64,000 nt of DNA, from positions 2,144,001 to 2,208,000 of the forward strand of contig OY769902.1 in assembly GCA_963669175.1 (NCBI GenBank). Reading direction: 5' to 3'. Source of the stretch: a bacterium (GTDB lineage Bacteria > Electryoneota > Electryoneia > Electryoneales > Electryoneaceae). A model generated the notes under the pieces. The model was not told the DNA's origin. It saw only the letters and a list, made by a program, of their open reading frames with translations, and did not search any database. Below, in pieces: positions 11,015 through 20,628 of the stretch (positions are counted from its first letter, which is position 1; every line of letters begins with the position of its first letter). A program made the translations under genes and the position numbers.

Positions 11015-11480
11015 ATCGCTCGAGATCCCCGATAGCAGCAAACAGACGCTGCTTCGGGGATGACATATTCGGGGATGACATATATGATGACAAGTATGAA
11101 GCGAGAAGGCGCTTGGCCCGACTCCCCGCGCAGGCGGGATCAACTGTCGGGATTGCATCGCTCGAGATCCCCTATAGCAGCAAACAGACGCTGCTTCGGG
11201 GATGACATATATGATGACATATATGAAGCGAGAAGGCGCTTGGCCCGACTGCTCGCGCAGGCGGGGATCGCCTGTCGGGATTGCATCGCTCGAGATCCCC
11301 GATAGCAGCAAACAGACGCTGCTTCGGGGATGACATATTCGGGGATGACATATATGATGACATGTATGAAGCGAGAAGGCGTTTGGCCCGACTGCTTGCG
11401 CAGGCGGGGATCACCTGTCGGGATTGCATCGCTCGAGATCCCCGATAGCAGCAAACAGACGCTGCTTCGGGGATGACATG
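11015..11480 (+). repeat. Tandem array of ~130-142-bp REP-containing units (about 3.4 copies)
   Basis: ATCGCTCGAGATCCCC recurs at 11015, 11157, 11286, 11428 with near-identical intervening sequence. Confidence 0.9.
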
Positions 11481-11683
11481 CGGGGGCGGATCAAGCAGTC
11501 AATAGGAGACAACAAGTTTGTCGCTTATTCACTCAAAAGGATATCTCATTACACATTATCTACCATAACAACAACTGAATGACTGGCATCAAGTGGATTC
11601 ACGAGTGTACATTTACGCAGCTTTGAGTCAGCATACGACTCAAGCTGGTGAACCGCAAAGACACACCAACCATACGGGACAAC

Positions 11684-11773
11684 ATGCGTATCCATTGTTT
11701 CAGAAAAAGCTGACAGGTGCCTGCGAGAGCTGGATCGCTCTCTCCCTGTCGTAAAACTTTGGATTCCCGCTAA
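11684..11773 (+). CDS. Putative selenocysteine-containing small peptide MRIHCFRKS(U)QVPARAGSLSPCRKTLDSR (alternative GTG start 11648 gives 41 aa)
   Basis: In-frame TGA at 11711-11713 followed by a SECIS-like hairpin; frame continues with a second Cys to TAA 11771-11773; directly upstream of the double-cubane reductase gene. Confidence 0.55.
11711..11750 (+). promoter_or_regulatory. Bacterial SECIS-like hairpin
   Basis: GACAGG/CCTGTC lower stem, GAGAGC/GCTCTC upper stem, apical loop UGGAUC 17 nt after the UGA with G at loop position 2. Confidence 0.5.
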
Positions 11774-11833
11774 CCCGCCCGGCGTCCTCCGGTAGCGGTG
11801 GCAGGGAATCCTGCACCGTCAACAGGAGGAACC

Positions 11834-13126
11834 ATGGCCGAAGATTACCGGCAGATGTGGACTGACCTGGGGCTGGACCTTGAGATGCACGACGCATTGC
11901 TCGGCGCCCTGGGAACGATGTACCAGGAAACTTTCCTCACCCAGAAGGACCGTCCCGAAGGCATGGGCTACTTCGATTTCGTGATGAGCGAAGTCCACGG
12001 CCTGCGTATCAAGGAACTAGTGGATGCACAAGCGCAGGGCCGCAAAGTGGTCGGCTCGTTCTGCACCTTTGTGCCGGAAGAAATCGTAGTCGCCCTCGAT
12101 GGTATCAGTGTCGGTCTGTGCGCCGGGGCTGAATTTGCCACGGATGAAGCGGAGAAACTGCTGCCACGCAACACCTGTTCCCTGATCAAGGGGGCGTTCG
12201 GGTTCGCATTGGCGCGGGTTTGCCCGTACCTCGCTGCCAGTGATGTGATCGTGGGCGAGAACACCTGTGACGGGAAAAAGAAATCCTACGAAATTTTCAA
12301 GGATATCAACGGTGTCAAGCGTCTGTATGTGATGGATTTGCCGCAGATCAAGAACGGTAACGGCCGGGCGTTACTCCATGTTGAGTTCCGCAAATTCGCC
12401 GAAATGCTGGAAGAGCTGACCGGCAAAAAGCTGACGGTGGAGAACCTGAAACGTGGTATCGAGATCGTCAATGCCAAGCGCGCCGCCATGCACCGTCTAA
12501 ACAAGCTGCGTGCTGCTAATCCGTCGCCGATTTCCGGTCTTGACGCCCTGCTGGCCAACCAGGTCTATTTCTACGATGATCCGGTCCGTTTCACCGCTTC
12601 CGTGCACAAGATTTGTGATGAGCTGGAAGAACGCATTGCGGCGAAAAAGGGTGTGGCGAAAGAGAACGCGCCACGTATCCTGATATCCGGTTGCCCGATG
12701 GCAGTGCCGAACTGGAAACTGCCGATGATTGTTGAAAGTACCGGTGCGGTGATCGTAGGCGAGGAATCCTGTGTCGGCGAACGTGGCACCCAGAACCTGA
12801 CCGATGATACCGGCGAGACGCTGGAAGAGATGCTGGACGCCATCACCGACCGTTACATGAAGATTGATTGCGCCATTTTCACGCCAAACGATTCACGTCT
12901 GGATCATGTGCGCCAGATGGTGAAGGCGTACAACGCGGACGGCGTTATCCATTACGGCCTTCAGTTCTGCCACCCGTACCAGATCGAGGCGGGCCCGGTG
13001 GAACGTGCGCTCGAGGCGGATGGCATCCCGGCGCTACGTGTCGATACCGATTATTCGCAGGAAGATGTTGAGCAGATCCGTACACGGGTAGAAGCGTTTG
13101 TTGAAAGCCTGGCGGATCGAGCATGA
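11834..13126 (+). CDS. Double-cubane cluster reductase / 2-hydroxyacyl-CoA dehydratase-family protein (HGD-D)
   Basis: Motifs FCTFVPEE, NTCDGKKK, EESCVGER, IDCAIF, QFCHPY, RVDTDYS; AGGAGG RBS before ATG 11834. Confidence 0.85.
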   Translation: MAEDYRQMWTDLGLDLEMHDALLGALGTMYQETFLTQKDRPEGMGYFDFVMSEVHGLRIKELVDAQAQGRKVVGSFCTFVPEEIVVALDGISVGLCAGAEFATDEAEKLLPRNTCSLIKGAFGFALARVCPYLAASDVIVGENTCDGKKKSYEIFKDINGVKRLYVMDLPQIKNGNGRALLHVEFRKFAEMLEELTGKKLTVENLKRGIEIVNAKRAAMHRLNKLRAANPSPISGLDALLANQVYFYDDPVRFTASVHKICDELEERIAAKKGVAKENAPRILISGCPMAVPNWKLPMIVESTGAVIVGEESCVGERGTQNLTDDTGETLEEMLDAITDRYMKIDCAIFTPNDSRLDHVRQMVKAYNADGVIHYGLQFCHPYQIEAGPVERALEADGIPALRVDTDYSQEDVEQIRTRVEAFVESLADRA

Positions 13127-13857
13127 TAAGTGCAGGGATCGATATCGGGTCGAGGACGATCAAACTGGCGCTCCTGGAAGACGGTAAGATCGCCTCGACC
13201 CGTGTCGAGGATACCACGTTTGACCCGCTGGCAGTCTGCCGTAAGCTACTCAACGGCGCCAGCTATGATCGCCTGGTTTGCACCGGGTACGGACGTCGTT
13301 TGTTCGCTGACCACTGGACGGACGCGGAAACGATCACCGAGATCAAGGCGGTGGCGCGTGGGGTACATGAACAGTACCCGGGCGCTCGCGTAATCATCGA
13401 TATCGGTGGGCAGGACAGCAAGGCGGTATTGTTGGATGCCAACGGACGTGTGGTGAAATTCGCCATGAATGACCGTTGCGCTGCCGGGACCGGACGTTTT
13501 CTCGAGGTCATGGCGACGGCATTATCCTACGGCTATCCCGAGTTCATGCAAGCGGCGGAAAAGGCGGAACAGAGTGTGCAGCTTTCCAGCATGTGTACCG
13601 TTTTCGCCGAGTCGGAAGTGATCTCGCTGGTGGGACGTGGCGAACCACGTGACCGTATCGCGCTGGGCATTCATCATTCCATCGTGAAACGAACCAAGAC
13701 GTTACTGCGCTCGATTCCGTTGGATGGGGAAATCGTGTTTACAGGTGGGGGAGCGTGGAACACCTGCCTGCGTACCCTGTTGGAACAGGAGCTGAAGCAC
13801 CCGGTGGTTGTACCCGAGAATCCCCAGGTCGTCGCCGCGCTGGGGTGCGGGTTGTAG
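13123..13857 (+). CDS. ATP-dependent CoA-substrate enzyme activase (HgdC/BadF-BadG ASKHA family; DCCP-R-like)
   Basis: GIDIGS, TGYGR, IDIGGQDSK, MNDRCAAGTGRF, SSMCTVFAESE motifs; ATGA coupling. Confidence 0.92.
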   Translation: MISAGIDIGSRTIKLALLEDGKIASTRVEDTTFDPLAVCRKLLNGASYDRLVCTGYGRRLFADHWTDAETITEIKAVARGVHEQYPGARVIIDIGGQDSKAVLLDANGRVVKFAMNDRCAAGTGRFLEVMATALSYGYPEFMQAAEKAEQSVQLSSMCTVFAESEVISLVGRGEPRDRIALGIHHSIVKRTKTLLRSIPLDGEIVFTGGGAWNTCLRTLLEQELKHPVVVPENPQVVAALGCGL

Positions 13858-13861
13858 CAGA

Positions 13862-13970
13862 GTTTAAAAGTTTGAAAGTTGAAAGGTTCCAAAGTTACTG
13901 TACTCTTTTGGCCCCCGGCGGCTTGAAACACGCTGAAGCGCAGCGGAAGCGGTTGCCCGGCGGCGGTCTA
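13862..13970. repeat. 8-mer microsatellite plus CCGCCGG hairpin repeat module
   Basis: (GAAAGTTT)-like tandem units followed by a hairpin-family copy; same module at 54230-54322 in opposite orientation. Confidence 0.6.
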
Positions 13971-14060
13971 TTCTTATTCAAATAGCGAGTTAAGTCCTTC
14001 AGCAGTTGATCCGATTGCTTCTCGTATAGTGCAACTGTCAACTTTTATTGTTTATTCCAC

Positions 14061-14265
14061 GAGATCCCCGATAGCAGCAAAGAGACGCAGCTTCGGGGAT
14101 GACATATAAGGGGGGATGGGCTGAGTGGTGTGACATGCGTAAGGGAGGATGTTATGTCTGTGGGGATGAAATATGGAGGGGAATAACATGAGGGTGTGTT
14201 GATGACATGGGTGGGGATGACATGGGTGTCGGGAAATGTCATGGGTGTGTTGATGTCATGGGTGA
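14061..14265. repeat. REP copy plus degenerate GATGACATGGGTG tandem repeats
   Basis: GAGATCCCCGATAGCAGCAAA...CTTCGGGGATGAC matches the 11015-11480 unit. Confidence 0.65.
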
Positions 14266-14367
14266 ATCTACTCTTCATCTCCGATCTGCCTACGCTTTTT
14301 AAATCTTATTCTGAAACCTTTATATTGCCGAAAGGAAAAGGCAAAGGTACAAACGAGGGGATGTGGC

Positions 14368-15444
14368 ATGAACATGGCGAAAAAGTTATTCTGGATTACG
14401 TTAGTTGGAATGGCGATGCTGATAGTGTCTTGCGCGGATAACGGTACCGGTTCGGATGACAACACGTTCAGTGGTGATGAAGGTAAATACGGGTGGCTGG
14501 TCGGGCTGAGCACTAATCAATACGGCTCCATTTTTCATACCGAAGATGGGGGACAGACCTGGGAACGTCAGGGCGATACGCTCACCGTACCGAACACCGG
14601 CTTTACATCGGTCCAGGTGTACAACCCAGACGTGGCAATGATAGCAGGGAACATTGCGGATGGATACGGCACCCTGCTGAGGACCACGGATGGTGGCGAG
14701 AACTGGGAACGGATCGATTCCTCTGCCGGCATTCCCGCCGGTGATCTTTATTCAGTCAGCTTTGTCACATCCAACATCATCTGGGCTGCGGGGCAGAACA
14801 ATGCCATCCTGGTATCTCATGATGGCGGCGATAGCTGGGAATCCAAGTCCGATGAGGCTTATGCCGGATTGGATATCAGCGATATCGTGGCGGTATCGGA
14901 AAACAACATCTGGGCCTGCGGGGGCAACAATGACGGACTTATCCTGCATTCAACCGATGGCGGCACTACCTGGCGAAGTGAAGGTGATCCCGATTCGTTG
15001 CATGGACATACCCTGATCTCACTCAGTGTGGTCAATGAAAACCAGGCCTGGGTGGTTGGGCATGGTGGCATTGTCCTGAGAACAACAGACGGCGGCGACA
15101 CCTGGACCGGTCAGTCCCCAGTAGGAGACGTCATCCTGGATGTTAATGGCGTGGCCGCTCTTGACGATAACCGTGTCTGGCTGGTCATGGATTACGGGAA
15201 TATCTATTACAGCGAGGACAATGGGGAAAACTGGACGCAACAGGAATCCGCCTCTTCAGGTTTCTACCTGTTACGTGTCTGCGCAATGGAGAATGGCCGG
15301 GCCTGGATATCCGGAAGCACCCATATCCCACCCATGACAGGCCGTCTGCTGATGACAGATGATTTCGGCGACACCTGGACACCAGGCGACTACGGCGAAG
15401 ACGCGGGGTTGTGGGATGTGGATTTTTATGGCTCGGCGCATTGA
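14368..15444 (+). CDS. Lipoprotein with Asp-box/BNR repeats (YCF48-like beta-propeller)
   Basis: Lipobox IVSC; seven T/S-x-DGGxTW-like repeats. Confidence 0.85.
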   Translation: MNMAKKLFWITLVGMAMLIVSCADNGTGSDDNTFSGDEGKYGWLVGLSTNQYGSIFHTEDGGQTWERQGDTLTVPNTGFTSVQVYNPDVAMIAGNIADGYGTLLRTTDGGENWERIDSSAGIPAGDLYSVSFVTSNIIWAAGQNNAILVSHDGGDSWESKSDEAYAGLDISDIVAVSENNIWACGGNNDGLILHSTDGGTTWRSEGDPDSLHGHTLISLSVVNENQAWVVGHGGIVLRTTDGGDTWTGQSPVGDVILDVNGVAALDDNRVWLVMDYGNIYYSEDNGENWTQQESASSGFYLLRVCAMENGRAWISGSTHIPPMTGRLLMTDDFGDTWTPGDYGEDAGLWDVDFYGSAH

Positions 15445-15970
15445 GGTCGTAATAAGCTGAAAGTATTGCCCGACTCCCCCGCGTCAATGGGGAGGTCGTT
15501 TGGCCCGACTGCTTGCTGTCGGGAACTGATCACAGGTGCCCTAATTTTCAGGTTCTTCACAAGAATTTGTGCATCCGGGCAATGTTGTGGCAGGTCTTGA
15601 CGCGACTTTCCGTTTTCAGCTTTCGCTATGTTTTCCTGGATGCACGATGATACTGAAACCACCTCGCGTCCTGTTATTGTCGCGTTGTGACCTGCCACCG
15701 GTATCAGCACTCTCGCTGTCGTCAGGTCACAACGTGATGCCTGATGACCATCTATCATGCGAAATAGCAGCTGTGAAGTCGGACAGGTGTCTGAAATTGC
15801 GGAGAAGAACAAGAAAAAGGCATCACATCAAGACCTGACGAAACGTGTTCTTCGAAAGTATGCACAAATTCTTGTGAGCAACCAATTTTCATAAGACAAC
15901 ATGCGTATTAATTTTATGAAATGATTTAGTATAGACCACCGCTTGGCAAGCAAGCGGGGCCAAAAGAGTA

Positions 15971-16008
15971 AAAAAAGAAAACCGGATCAGACAATGTCTG
16001 ATCCGGTT
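15971..16008 (-). terminator. Intrinsic terminator originally downstream of tRNA-Pro
   Basis: AACCGGATCAGACA/TGTCTGATCCGGTT hairpin followed by a T-tract on the minus strand, next to the att duplicate. Confidence 0.7.
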
Positions 16009-16014
16009 CGTTGC

Positions 16015-16060
16015 GTCGGAGCGACTGGATTTGAACCAGCGACCCCCTGACCCCCAGTCA
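16015..16060 (-). repeat. att site: 46-bp duplicate of the tRNA-Pro 3' portion
   Basis: Identical to 23350-23395. Confidence 0.95.
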
Positions 16061-16315
16061 CGGAATAGGTGAAACTGACAACACATATCAACAGCTAACA
16101 GCATTCTTATCAGCAGCTTAACGAGGCAGTATTGCTGGCAATCGTTGACCTCTGTTGCCTCTTTTTTTTCGTGGATGTCCCACCAGTGTCCCACGGGACA
16201 CCGGGGGGTATGGGGCAATCGGGGGGGGGCTCCTGCCTGTCTTGGTATTATGCCTTGGCTCGCTAGAAATTAAAATAATTGAAAGGAAACAGCATACTAA
16301 TAGAAACTATTTACT

Positions 16316-18040
16316 TCATTTGACAAGTAAAGCTTTCTGAACCACTACTTGATCTTCGAAATGGGCTCGTATAATATATATTCCGTTTGCTACATCTCCT
16401 GCGTCCCATTGGACAATGTGATCACCTTCATTCATAACACTTTTATAAAGCCATGTGATGAGTTGTCCCTTAATATTAAACACTGATATATCGACTTCGC
16501 CTGTTCTGGAAGTGGAAACCTGTAAAGTCGTAGTGGTATTGAAAGGATTGGGGAAGACAGACGAAACACGGAAAGATATTGGTTGTTCATCTGGCGACTC
16601 AGGTGTAGCAGTGTTAGTGCCAAGTCCTTCCAAGTATACAATTCTGTGAGGCTCATCAGGATCGTTTGAATAGAGATATACTTGGTCAGTATAGGAGGTA
16701 TGCTCTGTCGGTATAAACTGGATCAGAATGGAATCCTGAGTATCGGGGGAAATGGCCATTGGTGAGGAGAACATGATCTCAAAACCGGGTGAATTCCATA
16801 CCACGGAATCGATGATAAGCTCTGCATTGCCTGTATTGCCGACTGGCAAAAACCAATTTTGAGATGAATCCACCAAACACCACCCAAAATCGTGATAGAT
16901 GACCGGTAAATATATGTCGGCAGAGGGAGGTTGCCCGAACTTCATTAGTGCGATAGTATCATCTCCGTGCATTTGGATGTTGCTTAGTACAGTGAATGTG
17001 TTGTCCGGGTGGGTCAAAACGACCCGGCCTTCTCCCTGAACGATATCCTCACCTGAGAAACTCCACAGTTCATTGCCCATGCCATCTATTTTACAGCAGT
17101 ATAGATTTCCCCAAGCTGTTCCTGTAGTAACGTACTCATTTTCTTGAATCAGTGAAACTGAGCGCAATTCTTCACCGTCATATTCATAGCCGAAATCGTC
17201 ATGCCATTGTTCATCGCCTGTTGAATCTACACCCAGTAGGTAGCAATTCTGTGAAAGATCGCCATAAGATTGTGTCTCACCGACAAGGATCAGGCTATTA
17301 TCGTCGGTCAAAACCATATCCCACGCTACATCATGGTAATCACCGCCATAATATTCTACCCACTCCACATCTCCTGTGGAGGTTATTTTTGCAGCCATAG
17401 GGCTGGTTTGTTCACCTTGCTGGCCGTGAGACTGGCCAACAATTATTAAGCCACTATCTTCCAGAATATCTATTCGTCGCCCATCACCTGGATTATCTTC
17501 AAGTGGAATCGTGAAGTCCACAACATCGCCAGCATAGGTCAAGTTCATCAAGAATACATGGGGAAGGTCGTTCATCCTTGTTTCACCCGTAACCACCAAC
17601 TGGTTACCATCCTGTACAATACAATTCGCCTCGTCATCGTTGGAGTAGGAATACAATGTGTCTAGAAGGATAACGCCATCAGTTGAGATCCGCGTGAAGA
17701 AAGTCTTGTCATACTCTGGCAAACCGGTATACGCGCCCATTCCAACGGCAACATACCCACTATCACCAACGGTCAGGATGTACCTGATGTAACATCGTTC
17801 GTAGTGGGGATAACTGACGTGCCACACTTCGTTGCACAGCGAATCCAAGGCGAAAATGTGGTGGTCGCCGCAGATGACAAAGCCGTTGTTGCTGGTAGTG
17901 TCCGCCCAGCTCACACTTGCTTCCGAGTTGTCCTGAAGCGGACCAACATACCGTGTCCAGAGAGTATCTATACCTTCAGGTTGGGCTATTGCTAATGACG
18001 TCATAACAAGCAAACAAAATATTACCTTTAACGTATTCAT
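16316..18040 (-). CDS. Secreted beta-propeller + Ig-like protein with T9SS-type/FlgD-like C-terminal sorting domain (island cargo)
   Basis: Signal peptide, repeated 'G...W...YGG' blades, C-terminal FPNPFN...WDA...GIY...LLVK; AAGGAG RBS before ATG 18040. Confidence 0.85.
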   Translation of the reverse strand: MNTLKVIFCLLVMTSLAIAQPEGIDTLWTRYVGPLQDNSEASVSWADTTSNNGFVICGDHHIFALDSLCNEVWHVSYPHYERCYIRYILTVGDSGYVAVGMGAYTGLPEYDKTFFTRISTDGVILLDTLYSYSNDDEANCIVQDGNQLVVTGETRMNDLPHVFLMNLTYAGDVVDFTIPLEDNPGDGRRIDILEDSGLIIVGQSHGQQGEQTSPMAAKITSTGDVEWVEYYGGDYHDVAWDMVLTDDNSLILVGETQSYGDLSQNCYLLGVDSTGDEQWHDDFGYEYDGEELRSVSLIQENEYVTTGTAWGNLYCCKIDGMGNELWSFSGEDIVQGEGRVVLTHPDNTFTVLSNIQMHGDDTIALMKFGQPPSADIYLPVIYHDFGWCLVDSSQNWFLPVGNTGNAELIIDSVVWNSPGFEIMFSSPMAISPDTQDSILIQFIPTEHTSYTDQVYLYSNDPDEPHRIVYLEGLGTNTATPESPDEQPISFRVSSVFPNPFNTTTTLQVSTSRTGEVDISVFNIKGQLITWLYKSVMNEGDHIVQWDAGDVANGIYIIRAHFEDQVVVQKALLVK

Positions 18041-18208
18041 GTTTTCGCTCCTTATAGTGAACAGGTAAATCAGTCTGCAAAGTCGCTTCCACAAGCAAGG
18101 TGAAAATTGCATTGGAACTTTTAGTGTTATTGAAAACTATAAAACATCAAAGAAATCTTAATCGGTAATCGTTAAGAAGTACATGGACGGAATGCGAACT
18201 CTGACAAT

Positions 18209-18856
18209 TCATATCCTGTAGTATCGCTTCAGTTCACGGTTGTACCGTGGTGCATCATCGAACCACCATTTAATCAACCCAATCTCCGGCGCGTACGCCT
18301 TGTAGTACCGACCCCGAGGATCAGTGTTGTCATATCTTCCATAACGTACAACGTAGCAATGCTCAAACGTACCAGCAGGGACGGTCATCGTACTATCCGT
18401 AGCCCATACACGCCAACAGAAGTTTCTTTCATCATCGTCTATCACAGCACCCTGTTGTGCCCAAGGGAAGCTATAAAAGTCAGGCATCGTTATATAATCG
18501 CCACGCTGTTCGTCCCACACATACATACGCACACTATCGTTCGTCACGGAGTAAGTATTACCGCCCCACATCCCAGAACTCACATGAAACGAACCCATTC
18601 GATACAAGACCTCACCGTCGTACCGCTCACCTGTATCGTAACTTCTTACCTCGATAGTGGTGTCATTATCACCAGGATATAAGTAGACCCAAGACAACCC
18701 GTCCCCAAGCGGAAACAGGTCCGCTACCTCTTCGGCAATCGGGGCTTCAGGTACGTTCCCGGCTCCATTATCATCGTCTTCGTCACATCCGAATGACAAC
18801 ATGAGCACTAGACCAAGGATCAGGCTTAGAAGTAGAGAAAGGAAGGTCTTGTTCAT
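18209..18856 (-). CDS. Lipoprotein of unknown function (island cargo)
   Basis: Lipobox SFGC; motif TVPAGTFEHC...YAPEIGLIK. Confidence 0.8.
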   Translation of the reverse strand: MNKTFLSLLLSLILGLVLMLSFGCDEDDDNGAGNVPEAPIAEEVADLFPLGDGLSWVYLYPGDNDTTIEVRSYDTGERYDGEVLYRMGSFHVSSGMWGGNTYSVTNDSVRMYVWDEQRGDYITMPDFYSFPWAQQGAVIDDDERNFCWRVWATDSTMTVPAGTFEHCYVVRYGRYDNTDPRGRYYKAYAPEIGLIKWWFDDAPRYNRELKRYYRI

Positions 18857-19548
18857 CGTGTCCCCCAAGGTTAAATAGATTCTATATGTCAATATGCAAG
18901 CTAGAGGCGAGCTTGATGGAAGTCAACAGGCTTCGGGCCTATCTAACAGAATCCCAAGAACAATCGAGGAGGGTGCGAGATAGAGAATATTCCAGAGGTC
19001 TGGAAAGTTTGGGCGCTACTGATGGACTGCGATAGAGAGGTACTGATAGCGCAAACAACTATACACAAGGAAGCGATGCCTCTAGAGAGGGAATTGACTA
19101 ACCACGAGACATATTAAATCTTCCGATAAAATGACGTGAATCAGGTACAAACTCTGCGTAAACAACCATTTCCGTGGTGTGCAAATATGTCGGTTCTGAA
19201 TGTTCAATTCGCTCTCGGCAGAGAGAATTTTTTCCCGTGGTCATAAGTGTTGAGGAATCATAAGCATAGCTGGTTTCTCGGTGGTCAAAACTTGTTTTTG
19301 ACCTCTTTCCGAAGTGTAGTCACTGAAGGGGAAGCACGAAGTGCTGACCCGGAAGTGACGAAACGAAGGAAAGGTCACGTTTATATCATACTCTATATAT
19401 CCTGGACTCTATATTCCTGTATCTATATTATGAGGCATCTCTGACTCACCCGTTGAGGAAAGATTTTCTCAGCCATTGAGGAAATTCTTCACCTGCTTCG
19501 GAAAAATACTCCCCACCCTCAATTGTGATTTTCAGAGGTAGAATCACT

Positions 19549-19932
19549 TCAAGACCTTGCTTTCTTTCCCGCTTTTCTCTTTGCTTCATCTTCTTTTTTA
19601 CCAACAATGTATGTAATCGAGGAGGTTCCATCTCTATGTTCCCTGGTGATAATCCCTTTTTCCTTGAGTGCTGCAATGGCCGAGACTATTGTTTTCCTGT
19701 CAACCCCAAGCGCTGCTGCTATAGTACTGTCCGCAACCCAAGTATAATCTTTACCGCTTCCGCATTTGATCCATAGTACCACCAACACCTGAAATTGTCG
19801 AGGGTTCAGATCGTTATCCAACCAATATTTCATCTTCATGTTGCAGAATGCATTACGGAGTTCTTTGCGCAACTGTTTTCCGGCTTCTTCAATAGTGCGC
19901 TTTTGAGGAATCTGTGCAGTGTCTCCGTTCAT
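19549..19932 (-). CDS. Helix-turn-helix protein, replication-initiator N-terminal type (possibly truncated)
   Basis: W-x-A-x-x-TIAAALGVDRKTIVSAIAALKEKGII winged HTH; an overlapping frame continues to 19446. Confidence 0.65.
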   Translation of the reverse strand: MNGDTAQIPQKRTIEEAGKQLRKELRNAFCNMKMKYWLDNDLNPRQFQVLVVLWIKCGSGKDYTWVADSTIAAALGVDRKTIVSAIAALKEKGIITREHRDGTSSITYIVGKKEDEAKRKAGKKARS

Positions 19933-20243
19933 TTTCCAGACCTCCGGAAAGTTTGTACTGTTGCGCCGTTACCTGACTCCAAGTGCTCAAGCCGAGGCCA
20001 GAACAGCTCACGCCAGTCCACCTCTGGAGGGAAGTATTCAGCCTCCCCCCAGAAGGTGACGGTTGCCAAGTAGTCAGCGATTCCTTGACGCTCAATTGCG
20101 AGCCTGATCTCCCGGTGAAGTTGTAGGCGTGTCCTATCAGCTTCACCGAGATCCTCTGCCAGCACCACATCACTCGCCAGACAATACAGGTCGTGGAACC
20201 AGTCAGGCATTTGCAACTCATCTGAGTAAGTTTGCGGTTGCAT
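19929..20243 (-). CDS. Hypothetical island protein
   Basis: GGAGG RBS before ATG 20243; ATGA overlap with the HTH gene. Confidence 0.6.
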   Translation of the reverse strand: MQPQTYSDELQMPDWFHDLYCLASDVVLAEDLGEADRTRLQLHREIRLAIERQGIADYLATVTFWGEAEYFPPEVDWRELFWPRLEHLESGNGATVQTFRRSGK

Positions 20244-20245
20244 TA

Positions 20246-20512
20246 TTACTCCTCCCTCTGCATGTATCCAGCCCATTGATCGTAACCGATAACGTCTCCA
20301 CGGCTGTTGAACCGAGGGACTCGTATATCTTCCGGCTTCGGGTTGCGCCCAAAGCGATAGGGCCAAAGCGGGCAATGCATGACCGTACACAGCTTGACTT
20401 CTTTCCGTGATCCACCCATACAACACAAGCAATCATCTCGTACGGCTTTCATCAGGTTGGGAATCCCGTATTGACGGCGAATCGCTGCACTTTCTTTCGA
20501 GACCCTACTCAT
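20246..20512 (-). CDS. Small Cys-rich phage/island protein (CxxC...C...CPL zinc-finger-like)
   Basis: CLCCMGGSRKEVKLCTVMHCPLWPYRFG; AGGAG RBS. Confidence 0.65.
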   Translation of the reverse strand: MSRVSKESAAIRRQYGIPNLMKAVRDDCLCCMGGSRKEVKLCTVMHCPLWPYRFGRNPKPEDIRVPRFNSRGDVIGYDQWAGYMQREE

Positions 20513-20628
20513 AGGTCCAATCTCCTCTTTTCGTTGCGGAATCGGCTTGTATAAGCCGTTTTGTTGCGAAGAACGGCAAACCTGCACTCGCAGGCAGAGC
20601 GGTTCTCCACCTCAGCTTGCTGGTTGAA

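Noticed and set aside
11015-11480. Possible CRISPR array
   Set aside because: Intervening sequences are near-identical rather than unique spacers, units are 129-142 bp, and there are no cas genes
16015-16060. Second tRNA-Pro gene
   Set aside because: Only the 3' 46 nt are present; it is the att duplication
19590-19602. Programmed -1 frameshift at A-AAA-AAG in the island HTH gene
   Set aside because: The heptamer is not in the HTH reading frame; joining the frames needs a +1 shift
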